The notes beneath the pieces were generated by a model. The model saw only the letters and a list, made by a program, of their open reading frames with translations, did not search any database and was not told where the DNA came from. From an uncultured Verrucomicrobiota bacterium (GTDB lineage: Bacteria > Verrucomicrobiota > Kiritimatiellia > RFP12 > UBA1067): 64,000 nucleotides of DNA. The stretch is from positions 4,323 through 68,322 of the forward strand of contig CAMNBZ010000012.1 of the NCBI GenBank assembly GCA_946533675.1, in the 5' to 3' direction. Position 1 is the first letter of the stretch, and each line of letters starts with the position of its first letter. Positions 20,028 to 29,848 of this stretch are shown piece by piece. The position numbers and the translations under genes are program-made.

Positions 20028-22181
20028 ATGACACGTTCAGTTCGCCAAATCTTCGCGCTCGCCGCCGTCGCCGCGGCGCTTCCCGCCCTCGCCGCGCTTG
20101 AGCTCGGCGCGCCGTTCACCGACGGCGCGGTGCTCCAGCGGGACACGCCGCTGCGGATCTGGGGCCGCGCCGACGCCGGCTCCACCGTCGCCGTCACCTT
20201 CGGCGAAAAGTCCTGGACGACGACGGCGGGCACGGACGGCGCATGGCGGCTCACCCTGCCGCCGATGGCCGCCTCCGCCGAGCCGCGCACGCTGAACGTC
20301 ACCTCCGCCGCCTACGCCGGCGCGGAGCCGAACGCGGCGCTCGCCGTGCATGACATCCTCGTCGGCGAGGTGTGGATCGTCTCGGGCCAGTCGAACATGG
20401 AATGCCCGATCTGGGGCGAGAACCCGCGCTTCCGCGACGGCAAGGGCGCGCTGATGGTGTCGATGACGCACCTGCCCGACGTGCGCTTCGTCAAGAACGC
20501 GCGCGCCGCCGCCGCCGAGCCGCAGGCCGTCAAGGCGACGTGGCTCAAGTTCGAGCCCGCGAGCTTCGACTACACGAAATTCGAGCACCGCCTGCCCCTT
20601 TCGGCGATCGCGTTCTACTTCGCGCGCGAACTGCACGCGGCGCTCGGCGTGCCCGTCGGCATCGTCGACTCGACCTGGGGCGGCACGGGCATCGACGGGT
20701 GGATTCCCGAATGCGGCCTCGCCGCGTCCGACGAGCCGCGCGTCAAGGCGCTCGCCGCGAGCCGCGGGCGCGGCTGCCAGAACGCGAAGACGCTCTGGAA
20801 CGCGATGGTCGACGCCTACGCGCCCATGTCGTTCCGCGCGATGGCGTGGTACCAAGGCTGCGCGAACGCCGGACGCGATCCGGAGCTCTACGCGGCCAAG
20901 CTGAAGGCGCTGCGGGACGGGTGGGCCGCGCGCTTCGAGAAGGCGGACCTGCCAATCTACATCTTCCAGCTCGCGCCGTACAAGCAGTCGTGGTGGGACA
21001 TCTGGAAGGCGCAGGAGCAGTACGCCGCGTCCGAGCCGCGCGCGGCGCTAATTCCGCTCTTCGATGCCGGCAACTACAACGACATCCACCCGAACGACAA
21101 GGAGACGGCCGCGCAGCGCCTGCTCGCCGCCGCGCTGTCGCGCGAATACGGCTTCAAGGGGATCGCGCCCGCGCCGGCGGCCGTGAAGTCATGGAAGATC
21201 GACGGCGGCAAGTTCGCGCTCGAATTCGGCGGCTGCCATTCGCTCTACGTCTACACGCCCGACGCGCGGCCGTGCGCCGCGTTCGAGATCACGGGCGCGG
21301 ACGGCAAGTGGCAGCCGGCCGTGATCGACCAGTACGAGCGGCCGTCCAAGCACTTCAGCCGCAAGATCACCGTTTCGTCCGCCGCCGTGCCGGAGCCGAA
21401 GGCGCTCCGGTACTGCCACGCGCGGCCATTCACCGGCACGCTCTACGGCGACAACGCCCTTCCCGTCGCGCCGTTCGAGCTGATCGATCCGTCGTACGAC
21501 AAAACGACGCGCGAGTCGACGCTCCTGCCCGTGCCGGCGAACGCCGATCCGGAAGGCTGGTGGATGAAGCGCCACGCGGAGAAGCTCGCGGAAATCGCCG
21601 CGAACAAGGACCGCCGCTACGACATCGTGATGCTCGGCGACTCGATCACGCACTTTATGGAATCGAAGCCGGAGCGCGGCGGCGAGGCGTACGCGCAGTT
21701 CACGAAGGATTACAAGGTGCTCAACCTCGGCTACGGCGGCGACCGCACGGAGAACGTCATCTGGCGCGAGCTGAACGGCGAACTGGACGGCTACCGCGCG
21801 AAGCTCTTCACGGTGATGATCGGCACGAACAACAACGACTGGGGCGACAGCGACCCGGAGCACGTGTCGTACGGCATCCGCCGCGTGCTGATGATGATCC
21901 GCGAGAAGCAGCCGCAGGCGAAGATTCTGCTCGTCGCGATCACGCCGCGCGGCAAAACCGCCGCGGACCCGGCGAACCAGAAGAACATCCGCACGAACTA
22001 CGCGGCGAAGCAGCTGGCGAACGGGCAGAGCATCGTCTGGCTGGACGTGGGCGACAAGTTCCTGGGGCCGGACAAGAACCTCAAGCCGGGCCTGACGGGC
22101 GACAATCTGCATCCGAACGAAGCGGGCTACCGCGTCTTCCTCGACGCCCTCCGCCCCGCGATCGAAGGTCTGCTCAAATGA
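20028..22181 (+). CDS. Secreted carbohydrate esterase: sialate O-acetylesterase-like (SASA) domain fused to SGNH/GDSL hydrolase domain
   Basis: Signal peptide. The SASA-like block contains GQSNM. The C-terminal block contains VMLGDSIT...GYGGDRT...HPNEAGY, which are the SGNH blocks I, II and V. Confidence 0.7.
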   Translation: MTRSVRQIFALAAVAAALPALAALELGAPFTDGAVLQRDTPLRIWGRADAGSTVAVTFGEKSWTTTAGTDGAWRLTLPPMAASAEPRTLNVTSAAYAGAEPNAALAVHDILVGEVWIVSGQSNMECPIWGENPRFRDGKGALMVSMTHLPDVRFVKNARAAAAEPQAVKATWLKFEPASFDYTKFEHRLPLSAIAFYFARELHAALGVPVGIVDSTWGGTGIDGWIPECGLAASDEPRVKALAASRGRGCQNAKTLWNAMVDAYAPMSFRAMAWYQGCANAGRDPELYAAKLKALRDGWAARFEKADLPIYIFQLAPYKQSWWDIWKAQEQYAASEPRAALIPLFDAGNYNDIHPNDKETAAQRLLAAALSREYGFKGIAPAPAAVKSWKIDGGKFALEFGGCHSLYVYTPDARPCAAFEITGADGKWQPAVIDQYERPSKHFSRKITVSSAAVPEPKALRYCHARPFTGTLYGDNALPVAPFELIDPSYDKTTRESTLLPVPANADPEGWWMKRHAEKLAEIAANKDRRYDIVMLGDSITHFMESKPERGGEAYAQFTKDYKVLNLGYGGDRTENVIWRELNGELDGYRAKLFTVMIGTNNNDWGDSDPEHVSYGIRRVLMMIREKQPQAKILLVAITPRGKTAADPANQKNIRTNYAAKQLANGQSIVWLDVGDKFLGPDKNLKPGLTGDNLHPNEAGYRVFLDALRPAIEGLLK

Positions 22182-22184
22182 TCC

Positions 22185-22540
22185 TGACGGGGGGAAAACT
22201 GACTGGGGGAAGCGTTGACTGGGGGAAGCGGCGTCCCGCCGCTTTAATCAAAAAAAAACTACGCATCTCGCCCTGACTGGGAGAAGCTTGACTGGGGGAA
22301 GCGGCGTCCCGCCGCTTTGGTCAAAAAAACGCTACGCACCTCGCCCTGACTGGGAGAAGCTTGACTGGGGGAAGCGGCGTCCCGCCGCTTTGGTCAAAAA
22401 AACGCTACGCACCTCGCCCTGACTGGGAGAAGCTTGACTGGGGGAAGCGGCGTCCCGCCGCTTCTTTTCCTTTTTGTAACAAGCGGCGAGACGCCGCTTC
22501 CCCCAGTCAACGCTTCCCCCAGTCGATTTCCCCAGTCATC
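22185..22540. repeat. REP-like array: ~73-bp unit x3-4 (each with GACTGGGGGAAGC direct duplicates and the hairpin AAGCGGCG-TCC-CGCCGCTT), ending in an inverted copy
   Basis: Period of 73 bp between 22270, 22343 and 22416. A perfect 8-bp stem hairpin. The last module (22466-22525) is the reverse complement of the first. Confidence 0.85.
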
Positions 22541-22603
22541 AGTCGCACTTCCAATCACATTTTCACCTTGCTTTCCGCAGAGTGCTTTTGCTAAAATCGT
22601 GTC

Positions 22604-23284
22604 ATGTGCGAACACGATTCCGAATCGATTCCCTTTGACGCAGCGTCCGAGAACAGGAATCCCCGTTTCATGTCGCGTGAAAGGGAAGTCACAAAGCGAA
22701 GCGCCAATCTCCCGCATTGGGAACAGGGCGACACCTGCGTTTTCGTGACCTTTCGCCTTGCCGATTCCATTCCCGAAAACACGATAGGACGGTTGAAGGA
22801 GGAGCGAGACGACTGGCTGGCCCAACATGCTAAGCCTTGGGACGACGAAGAGAAAAAGGAATATATCACAGCTTTCGGCAATGTGCTGGAGAAATGGCTG
22901 GACGACGGACTCGGCTCCTGCGCGCTCGGACAACCTGACAATCTTGCAATGATGTGCGACGCGATGCGTCACTTCGACGGCAAACGCTATGTCTTGTACG
23001 CATTTGCGGTGATGCCCAACCACGTGCATGCGCTGTTCAGCCCGATCGGCGATTTCTCCGCAAGCGGGATTCTCCATTCATGGAAGAGCTTCACCGCGCA
23101 CAAAGCCAGACGCACAAACGGCGATTCCGGTCCGTTCTGGCAGAAAGAAAGCTGGGATCGGCTGATCCGCGACGACCGCCATTTTGCGAATGTCGTCAAG
23201 TACATCGCGAGGAATCCGCGCAATGCCGGCGGTGTCGGCTATGCGTATGTGAGAGCTGACCTTCTCCACCACACCTCGCCCTGA
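22604..23284 (+). mobile_element. REP-associated tyrosine transposase (RAYT / IS200-like Y1 HUH transposase)
   Basis: 226 aa. ANLPHWEQGDTCVFVTFRL, HUH motif MPNHVHALF, and catalytic Tyr context NVVKYIARNP. Flanked on both sides by REP arrays. Leaderless start 6 nt after TGCTAAAAT. Lower GC than the surroundings. Confidence 0.75.
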
Positions 23285-23460
23285 CTGGGGGAAGGGCTGA
23301 CTGGGGGAAGCGGCGTCCCGCCGCTTCTGTCAAAACGCTACACTCCTCGCCCTGACTGGGGGAAGCGGCGTCCCGCCGCTTCTTTATAAAATTGAACTTT
23401 TCCTTTTTGTAGCAAGCGGCGAGACGCCGCTTCCCCCAGTCAACGCTTCCCCCAGTCATC
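23281..23460. repeat. REP-like array (second flank of the RAYT), terminal inverted module identical to 22466-22525
   Basis: Copies of GACTGGGGGAAGCGGCGTCCCGCCGCTT, then TTTTCCTTTTTGTA[A/G]CAAGCGGCGAGACGCCGCTTCCCCCAGTCAACGCTTCCCCCAGTC. Confidence 0.85.
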
Positions 23461-23487
23461 AGCCAACCTCAAGAAACCGTTTTCCCC

Positions 23488-23507
23488 TATCCCCGCGTGC
23501 GGGGATA
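23488..23507. promoter_or_regulatory. Palindrome TATCCCCGCG-T-GCGGGGATA, 61 nt upstream of PATR gene 1
   Basis: Perfect 9-10 bp arms. The same motif recurs at 26055-26076, upstream of the paralogous gene. Confidence 0.5.
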
Positions 23508-23567
23508 CCGCGCCGCGGCCAAAAAAGATACAATATCGGCATCAATCCACAAAGGAGAGGGATCACC

Positions 23568-26036
23568 ATGCGTTCAGACAAACTGTTTCTCGCAATCGCG
23601 CTCGCAACAACGGCGGCAAACGGCGCAAAACTGACCGTCTCGGCAGACGGCGTCAATCTCGACGGCACACCGCTTGCGGACAGAAAGCTGACCAAGAACA
23701 CAGAGGTTGCTGAACTGGAAATATCAGGCGGACAACTTGATCTGGCCGGACATAATTTGACCTTTAACGGAACCGTCAACGCGCTGAACATCCACACTGA
23801 TGCATCAGCATCCATCAACAGTAGTATAAGCGAGGGCGAGCCAGCGGTTATTAAGTTTAAATTTACAGACGGAGCGCGGCGGTTCGCAGGCGATCTGCTA
23901 AAACCCATAACGTTTAAGGGCAATCTGACGCTTGAACTTAATGGCCTGTCCACCGGCGGAAAGTGGCTTTTTGGTGGCAATGAAGCTGACAACCCCCATA
24001 ACAACAAGCACATAGGCGGCACAATTTTTGACCAATATTACATCAGTGCCGGTGCAGATATTAATACAGTCGCAAACTACGCCCGCTTTGGTGGAAACAT
24101 AAACAATAAGGTCCACAGCACTGATTTAGGGGAAGGACCTGTCACACTTAAAAATGGTTCTATGTTGGTGTATACTGGCCCTGATGACAAGATTCAACCA
24201 TGGACCAAACTTATTGCCGTAAATGAATCTGCTAATTCATACACGAATGTTCTCAGACTTGAGAATCGAATGGTGCTAACAGGCACATCTGTCGAGGTGG
24301 ACGAATATTCAAGGCTGATGATTGCAACTAAGAACAAATATCTGGCTTGGACTAACGATTTTTCCAAGGTTCGCGGGTGGCTTGGGTTCTGTGGTGAATA
24401 TTCAAGTTCTATTCGCGCGGTGTTCACGGGCACAGAAAATGTCGGTTTCCCCAATGCTCATGTTCAGGTGTTCGAGCCTGACAAGGAAGATAAGGGAATC
24501 AAGCAAGTTTATCAACTTCGGTTTGAATCCAAACAGGATGTGCCAATTAAAATCGGAGAACTTTCAACGCCCGACACTGTAAAACAAGCAACTACAAATG
24601 TTGTTATCGTTAATGTCAGCGGGGCAACACGGACGTTGGAAATAGGAGGGCTTGGAACCGATTCAACATTCTACGGCAAGATTTCTGCAAATGGCGCTTC
24701 TGGACTTAATGTCACGAAGGTCGGCCAAGGCACGCTCACTCTCGGTGGCGAAAACACCTATACCGGCGACACAACTGTATCTGCAGGCACATTGAAGGTT
24801 CAAATGCTGACCTCAGGGGCATGGCCAACCGGAAAATTTACTGTAGAAAACGGTGCAAAGCTTGAATTGACGCTTCGTAACAACAGTTCTACGCGCCTGG
24901 GTGATGACGGATGCCGCAACATACCGACTGGCAGCACCATCAATTTTTCAGCAACGAACCCAAGTTATTTGCCTCGACTCGGGGCTGTAGAGGACTTTAT
25001 AGGGATTATTAATTTCATAGATTCGGATGAGACTGTGACAGCTGTTGGATTTGTGAAAGAAGACAACTATACTTATGGCAGCAATGATATTTCATGGGGA
25101 ATCCTCGGAGAACCCACAGCAAGAAAGGTTCTTTTCCATGTTGACGCAAATACTAATGCAAAAGTCAACATGGGTGCATTTAACATGCCGAGCGAGAATG
25201 CGGTTCTCTATTGCAAACCAAGCACGCAAACCACGTTTAATATTGGCGCACTCAATACGGATAGCTACATCAACGGATGGATTACCGCACGAACTGCCAC
25301 AAGCAAAATCGAGATAAATCATACAGGCTCAGGCACACTTACACTTGGAAAAGATTTCAAGACAACTGTTTGTGACATACAAGGAACGCCGATTACATAT
25401 AACGACGATGCAAAGGCCGATGTCACGATTAACATCAAGAGCGGCGCCCTCGTCAATTACGCGGATCTTTCCAAAATTAATTTGAAGGTGCAGAGTGGTA
25501 CAACAATTGTCAATTACGGGACATTGGGTGCTGTTGAGCTGTATAAGTATGAGAACGATGGCTCGACCATCACTACCGTTGCAAGAATGGATGCAGAGGG
25601 GAAGATAACCTATGCGATGAACTCTGGTCGTGCGGTGGAAATTGCCAAATTGGCATATAAATATTCAAACGATGAACTTGCCTCAAATTATGACTCTTAC
25701 TTTGAAACAAAAGTGACATCAAACGGCGACAACGCCTACACCTATGAAATAACGCTTAAGGACGAAGCAAAACCCACGATTGGGGCGGGAAGTGACGGCC
25801 AGGCCGCGACAATTGAAGGCCAGAGCATCAAATTCAACCATGAGAAGATGAATCTGAAGCCGGGGCTGTATTATGCGATCAGCGCGAAGGAAAAACCGGA
25901 CGAGGAAGCAACGGCAGATTCCTACAAGCTCTATACGACGGAGAACGCCAGCAACTTCTCGCTTTCGGCTGATTTGCCGGAAAGCGGGGTCAAGTACTAC
26001 AAGGTGCTGGTCAGCGATAATGAAAACGGGAAGTGA
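23568..26036 (+). CDS. Large secreted protein with autotransporter-associated beta-strand (PATR) repeats
   Basis: 822 aa. Signal peptide MRSDKLFLAIALATTAANGA. Repeats of the form GxGTLTLGGENTYTGDTTVSAGTLKV. No detectable C-terminal beta-barrel. GC is ~50%, against ~68% for the window. Confidence 0.7.
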   Translation: MRSDKLFLAIALATTAANGAKLTVSADGVNLDGTPLADRKLTKNTEVAELEISGGQLDLAGHNLTFNGTVNALNIHTDASASINSSISEGEPAVIKFKFTDGARRFAGDLLKPITFKGNLTLELNGLSTGGKWLFGGNEADNPHNNKHIGGTIFDQYYISAGADINTVANYARFGGNINNKVHSTDLGEGPVTLKNGSMLVYTGPDDKIQPWTKLIAVNESANSYTNVLRLENRMVLTGTSVEVDEYSRLMIATKNKYLAWTNDFSKVRGWLGFCGEYSSSIRAVFTGTENVGFPNAHVQVFEPDKEDKGIKQVYQLRFESKQDVPIKIGELSTPDTVKQATTNVVIVNVSGATRTLEIGGLGTDSTFYGKISANGASGLNVTKVGQGTLTLGGENTYTGDTTVSAGTLKVQMLTSGAWPTGKFTVENGAKLELTLRNNSSTRLGDDGCRNIPTGSTINFSATNPSYLPRLGAVEDFIGIINFIDSDETVTAVGFVKEDNYTYGSNDISWGILGEPTARKVLFHVDANTNAKVNMGAFNMPSENAVLYCKPSTQTTFNIGALNTDSYINGWITARTATSKIEINHTGSGTLTLGKDFKTTVCDIQGTPITYNDDAKADVTINIKSGALVNYADLSKINLKVQSGTTIVNYGTLGAVELYKYENDGSTITTVARMDAEGKITYAMNSGRAVEIAKLAYKYSNDELASNYDSYFETKVTSNGDNAYTYEITLKDEAKPTIGAGSDGQAATIEGQSIKFNHEKMNLKPGLYYAISAKEKPDEEATADSYKLYTTENASNFSLSADLPESGVKYYKVLVSDNENGK

Positions 26037-26054
26037 GCCCCCCCATGCGCCCTG

Positions 26055-26076
26055 CTATCCCCGCGAGCGGGGATAG
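26055..26076. promoter_or_regulatory. Palindrome CTATCCCCGCG-A-GCGGGGATAG, 57 nt upstream of PATR gene 2
   Basis: Perfect 10-bp arms. Paralogous to the site at 23488-23507. Confidence 0.5.
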
Positions 26077-26132
26077 CGCGAAGCGCAAAAAAATATTAAA
26101 CTATATGTGTCAATCAACCAAGGAGGGTTTCC

Positions 26133-28289
26133 ATGCGTTCAAACAAACAGATTCTCGCAATCGCGCTCGCAACAGCGGCAATGACCGTAACAGAGCTGTG
26201 GGCGGCAGACTTGAAGGTCAGCGCTGACCGAAAGCTGGAAATTACGTCCGCAACCTCATACGAGAACCTCATTCTGGAGAACGGCGCGACGCTGACGCTG
26301 ACTTCTAACGGAAACGTCCTCGAAATCACCGGCGCAATCAGCGGCACGGGGACGATCGAGCTGAACAAGGGCAAGATCGGAATTGTCGCCGACGTGCCTT
26401 CGACGGTCGCGTGGAAGATTACCGGCACAGGAACCACTTCTGCCGAAAACCGCATCATTTCGCGCGTCGCAGGGAGCGACAACATCAAGAAGATCAAAGG
26501 TCCGCTGACAGGAACGGGAAGCGTCCGCGTAATGGGAGGACCTGCAAGTGGCATCGGCGGCATATCGGTCGCGGGCGACAACAGCAATTTCGAAGGCAAA
26601 CTCATCATCGGGAAAAATTCCTACAACCGCCTGGGCGCATCGACGGCCGGCGGCGCGGAAATGTCGCTCGAATACGACGGCAACTCCGGCAACGATGGAT
26701 CGCCCGATTTCGGCGGCGGAACGCTGGAATTCGGCTCGATCTACACCACTTCGCGCACGACGGAAGGTTATCCGTGGCGTTTCAACGACGGCGACTACAC
26801 CCTCAAAGTCGGCGCGCTCAACAAGGACAACGACCGCATCAGCATCAAGCTCGGCGAAAGCAACGCCACGACCGGCAAGGTGCGCATCGAAAAGGTCGGC
26901 ACGGGAACGCTTGAACTCTGGAACGTGAACAACCGCAACGGCATTGACATCAACGGCGGAACTGTTCTCGTCACCTCCGACGGTGCGCTTGCCAACGGCA
27001 AAGGAGACATCACCTTCGGCGGCGGCACGCTGAAATACGGTGTCAACGCGTGGGCGGACGACGGCACGGCACTCGCAACGCCCGCCCCCGTCACGACCGA
27101 CTATTCTGCGCAGATCAAAAATTCAACGGCAGCAATCGCCATCGACACCGGCGACAACGATATCATTTTTAATACCGCTCTGGCCGCATCAAACGTTGGC
27201 GGACTCGTGAAGCTCGGCGGCGGCACGCTCGAAGTGAAGGGAGATAATGCGTATAGCGGCAAGACGATCGTCTCCAACGGCACATTGAAGGTTGCATTCA
27301 AATACTACACAGAAGAAGGTCTGACAGGTCGCATGTTCGAAGCGGAAGCCGGTGCGAATCTTGAAGTGACCATGACCAGCCATTTGTCAAATCGCCACGC
27401 CTCCGAATCCAGCCTTCTCAACATCTTCCCGGATGGATCGACCTTGAACTTCATTGAGGACGATACCCGCGGCATGCCGCGTTTCACCAATGCCGCGAAA
27501 CTGAAAGGAACCGTCAACTTCCTGAACGACAAGGACAACACGACCTCTGGTGGCGGCTTTGTCGGCAGCGTGGCAGAGCTGGGCAGCAATGACATCGACT
27601 GGGGCATTCTGGGCGCCCCGGAAACACTGACCCGTGTGTTTGACATTGAGTCTGCTGCGAGCGGCGGCACGATCTATTTCGGAAATCTGCGCATGCCCTC
27701 CCAGAACGCCGAAGTGTACATGAAGCGCAAAGCGATATTCAAGGTCGGTGCCTTGGGGAAAGAGGGATCTGTCAACGGCACCCTCCTCATGGGGAACAAC
27801 AACGATTTCACATGGAACCAGGTCGGCGGCAAGATGACGTTTGGAAACAGCTTCAAAGTTGTCACCACCGGCTCTGCAACCTTCAACTTTGATGCAGGAG
27901 AAGTCGTCAACAACGCAAACCTTTCCGACTATACGGTTTCGCTCGCGGACGGCGTGACGCTTTCCGGCGCGGGTACGTGGCCGGCGAACATGATGCTGCC
28001 GGCGAGCTACCGGGTCGCGGCAATCGATCCTGTGGACGGCGCGACACCCCCGACGCTCGACCTCGACGTCGACTTCTCCAAGGCGACGCTGGACAATCGG
28101 CCGACGAAAGAAACGGTCACAACGCTCGACACCGAGAAGACCTACAAGATCTTCGCGGCAAAGTCGATCGCCAACTGGACCACGGCCGAAATCGCCGTGC
28201 GGCCGAACGGCCGGTGGAAAGTCGTCCAGCGGGGCGACAGCCTTGTTCTCAAGTTCTTCCACAAGGGCTTCGCCGTCATTCTTCGCTGA
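26133..28289 (+). CDS. Large secreted PATR-repeat protein, paralog of 23568..26036
   Basis: 718 aa. Conserved signal peptide MRSNKQILAIALATAAM. Block GGGTLEVKGDNAYSGKTIVSNGTLKV. Low GC. Confidence 0.7.
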   Translation: MRSNKQILAIALATAAMTVTELWAADLKVSADRKLEITSATSYENLILENGATLTLTSNGNVLEITGAISGTGTIELNKGKIGIVADVPSTVAWKITGTGTTSAENRIISRVAGSDNIKKIKGPLTGTGSVRVMGGPASGIGGISVAGDNSNFEGKLIIGKNSYNRLGASTAGGAEMSLEYDGNSGNDGSPDFGGGTLEFGSIYTTSRTTEGYPWRFNDGDYTLKVGALNKDNDRISIKLGESNATTGKVRIEKVGTGTLELWNVNNRNGIDINGGTVLVTSDGALANGKGDITFGGGTLKYGVNAWADDGTALATPAPVTTDYSAQIKNSTAAIAIDTGDNDIIFNTALAASNVGGLVKLGGGTLEVKGDNAYSGKTIVSNGTLKVAFKYYTEEGLTGRMFEAEAGANLEVTMTSHLSNRHASESSLLNIFPDGSTLNFIEDDTRGMPRFTNAAKLKGTVNFLNDKDNTTSGGGFVGSVAELGSNDIDWGILGAPETLTRVFDIESAASGGTIYFGNLRMPSQNAEVYMKRKAIFKVGALGKEGSVNGTLLMGNNNDFTWNQVGGKMTFGNSFKVVTTGSATFNFDAGEVVNNANLSDYTVSLADGVTLSGAGTWPANMMLPASYRVAAIDPVDGATPPTLDLDVDFSKATLDNRPTKETVTTLDTEKTYKIFAAKSIANWTTAEIAVRPNGRWKVVQRGDSLVLKFFHKGFAVILR

Positions 28290-28312
28290 CAGCGTAAATG
28301 GTGAAGCGTTCA

Positions 28313-28392
28313 CTGACTGGGGGAAGCGGCGTCCCGCCGCTTGCTAAAAAGGAGAAGGTTCAGATTACGAAGCGGCGGGACGCCGCTTCTCC
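28313..28392. repeat. REP pair (direct + inverted copy of GACTGGGGGAAGCGGCGTCCCGCCGCTT)
   Basis: CACTGACTGGGGGAAGCGGCGTCCCGCCGCTT ... AAGCGGCGGGACGCCGCTTCTCCCAGTCA, lying between PATR gene 2 and the histidine kinase. Confidence 0.8.
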
Positions 28393-28462
28393 CAGTCACC
28401 AGTTCATCTCCCGGTCATCTGTCGCCCTTCACATTGCCTGTTAGTTTTGGTAAAATTGTCGC

Positions 28463-29848
28463 ATGACGCTTAAGACCAGAATTCTCGTCACCCTCGCCTT
28501 CGCCGCGGCCCTCGGCCACGGCGAGGTGCTTTTCACCACCAACGACGCGCCCGCGCGCGTGGAAGGCGTGGCCGTCTGGCACCGGCCCGCCGACCAGTAC
28601 TACTACCTCCTCGACGACGCGGGCGGCGCGTGGCGAATCCGCAACGCCGATGGCCGGGTGCTGATCCGTCCGGGCGACCGCGTGCGCGTCGAGGGCGTCA
28701 AACCCAGGGGTTCGGCCCGCCCGCGCATCGAACGCGCGACGACCGAGAAGATCGGCACGGGCAGCCTCCCCGAACCGATCGAGATGACGGTCGACGAGAT
28801 GTACGCGGTCGGCGACGACGGCGAGGCGGGCCGCCGCGCGTGGTACGCGCGCCTCGTGGCGGTGCGCGGCATCGTCACCGACATCAACCGCCGCGAGACA
28901 TACACGCAGATCCTCCTCGGGCCCAAGAGCCGCTCCGTCCAGATCGCCCTGCCGATCCGCTGGAGCGATCCCCTTCCCAAGGGTCTCGCGTTCGGCGCGT
29001 TCGTGCGCGTGCGCGGCATCGGCCACTACGACCCGCTGCCGCCGGACCACAAGGGCGCGGTGACCGGGCTCGTGAACTTCAGCGTCTACCCCGAGCGCCT
29101 CGCCGACCTCCAGATTCTCGACGAGGCCCCCTTCTGGACGCCGCTGAAAATCTTCGCCGCCTGCACCGCGTTCGCGTTCGTAATGCTCGGCGTCGTCGCG
29201 CTCGTCCTGCGCGCGCGCGTACGCGACCGCATCGCCGCGGACGCCGCGCGGCGCGAACGGCTCCGGCTCACGAGCGAGCTGCACGACAACTTCCAGCAGC
29301 TGCTCGCCGGATGCATGTTCCGCCTCGGCGCGGCGATGGGCAAGGTCGGGAAGGACGACGACGCGGCGCGCGCCCAGCTGGAGCTGCTGCGCAACTCGCT
29401 CAACCACACGCAGTCTTCCCTGCGCTCCGCGCTGTGGGGGCTGACGGAGGAGGCGGAAGGCCCCGCCGCGCTCTCGGAACTCTTCAGGTACGCCGCGAGC
29501 CGGCTGCCGCAGTGGACGGGCATCGTCCATTTCACGGTGCGCGGGCGCGAGCGCGCCGTCGCGCGCAAGTGCTCCGGCTCGCTCCTGCTCATTCTCCAGG
29601 AGGCCGTCGGCAACGCCCTCCGTCACGGCGGCGCGAAGCGCGTCGACGTCATCGTCGACTTTCTGGACAACGCCCTGGTCTTCGGCGTCCGGGACGACGG
29701 CTGCGGTTTCGACAGCCGCACGCCGCCGAAGAGCGGGCATCTCGGGCTGGTGACGATGCGCCAGCACGCGGAAGGCCTCGGCGGCACGCTGACCGTCGTC
29801 AGCCGCGAGGGCGAAGGAACAACCGTGACGGTCAGGATACCTCTATGA
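28463..29848 (+). CDS. Sensor histidine kinase (NarL/HisKA_3 type) with N-terminal periplasmic domain
   Basis: 461 aa. Signal peptide/TM, a periplasmic domain, a second TM, the H-box LTSELHDNFQQLL, and a HATPase region (N box ...NALRHG...). Leaderless start 6 nt after TGGTAAAAT. Confidence 0.8.
   Translation: MTLKTRILVTLAFAAALGHGEVLFTTNDAPARVEGVAVWHRPADQYYYLLDDAGGAWRIRNADGRVLIRPGDRVRVEGVKPRGSARPRIERATTEKIGTGSLPEPIEMTVDEMYAVGDDGEAGRRAWYARLVAVRGIVTDINRRETYTQILLGPKSRSVQIALPIRWSDPLPKGLAFGAFVRVRGIGHYDPLPPDHKGAVTGLVNFSVYPERLADLQILDEAPFWTPLKIFAACTAFAFVMLGVVALVLRARVRDRIAADAARRERLRLTSELHDNFQQLLAGCMFRLGAAMGKVGKDDDAARAQLELLRNSLNHTQSSLRSALWGLTEEAEGPAALSELFRYAASRLPQWTGIVHFTVRGRERAVARKCSGSLLLILQEAVGNALRHGGAKRVDVIVDFLDNALVFGVRDDGCGFDSRTPPKSGHLGLVTMRQHAEGLGGTLTVVSREGEGTTVTVRIPL

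Noticed and set aside
22185-22540. Regularly spaced ~73-bp repeats considered as a CRISPR array
   Set aside because: The intervening segments are themselves conserved, so there are no unique spacers. The units contain internal duplications and inverted copies, and no cas genes lie nearby. The repeats flank a RAYT, so they were called REP/BIME-like.
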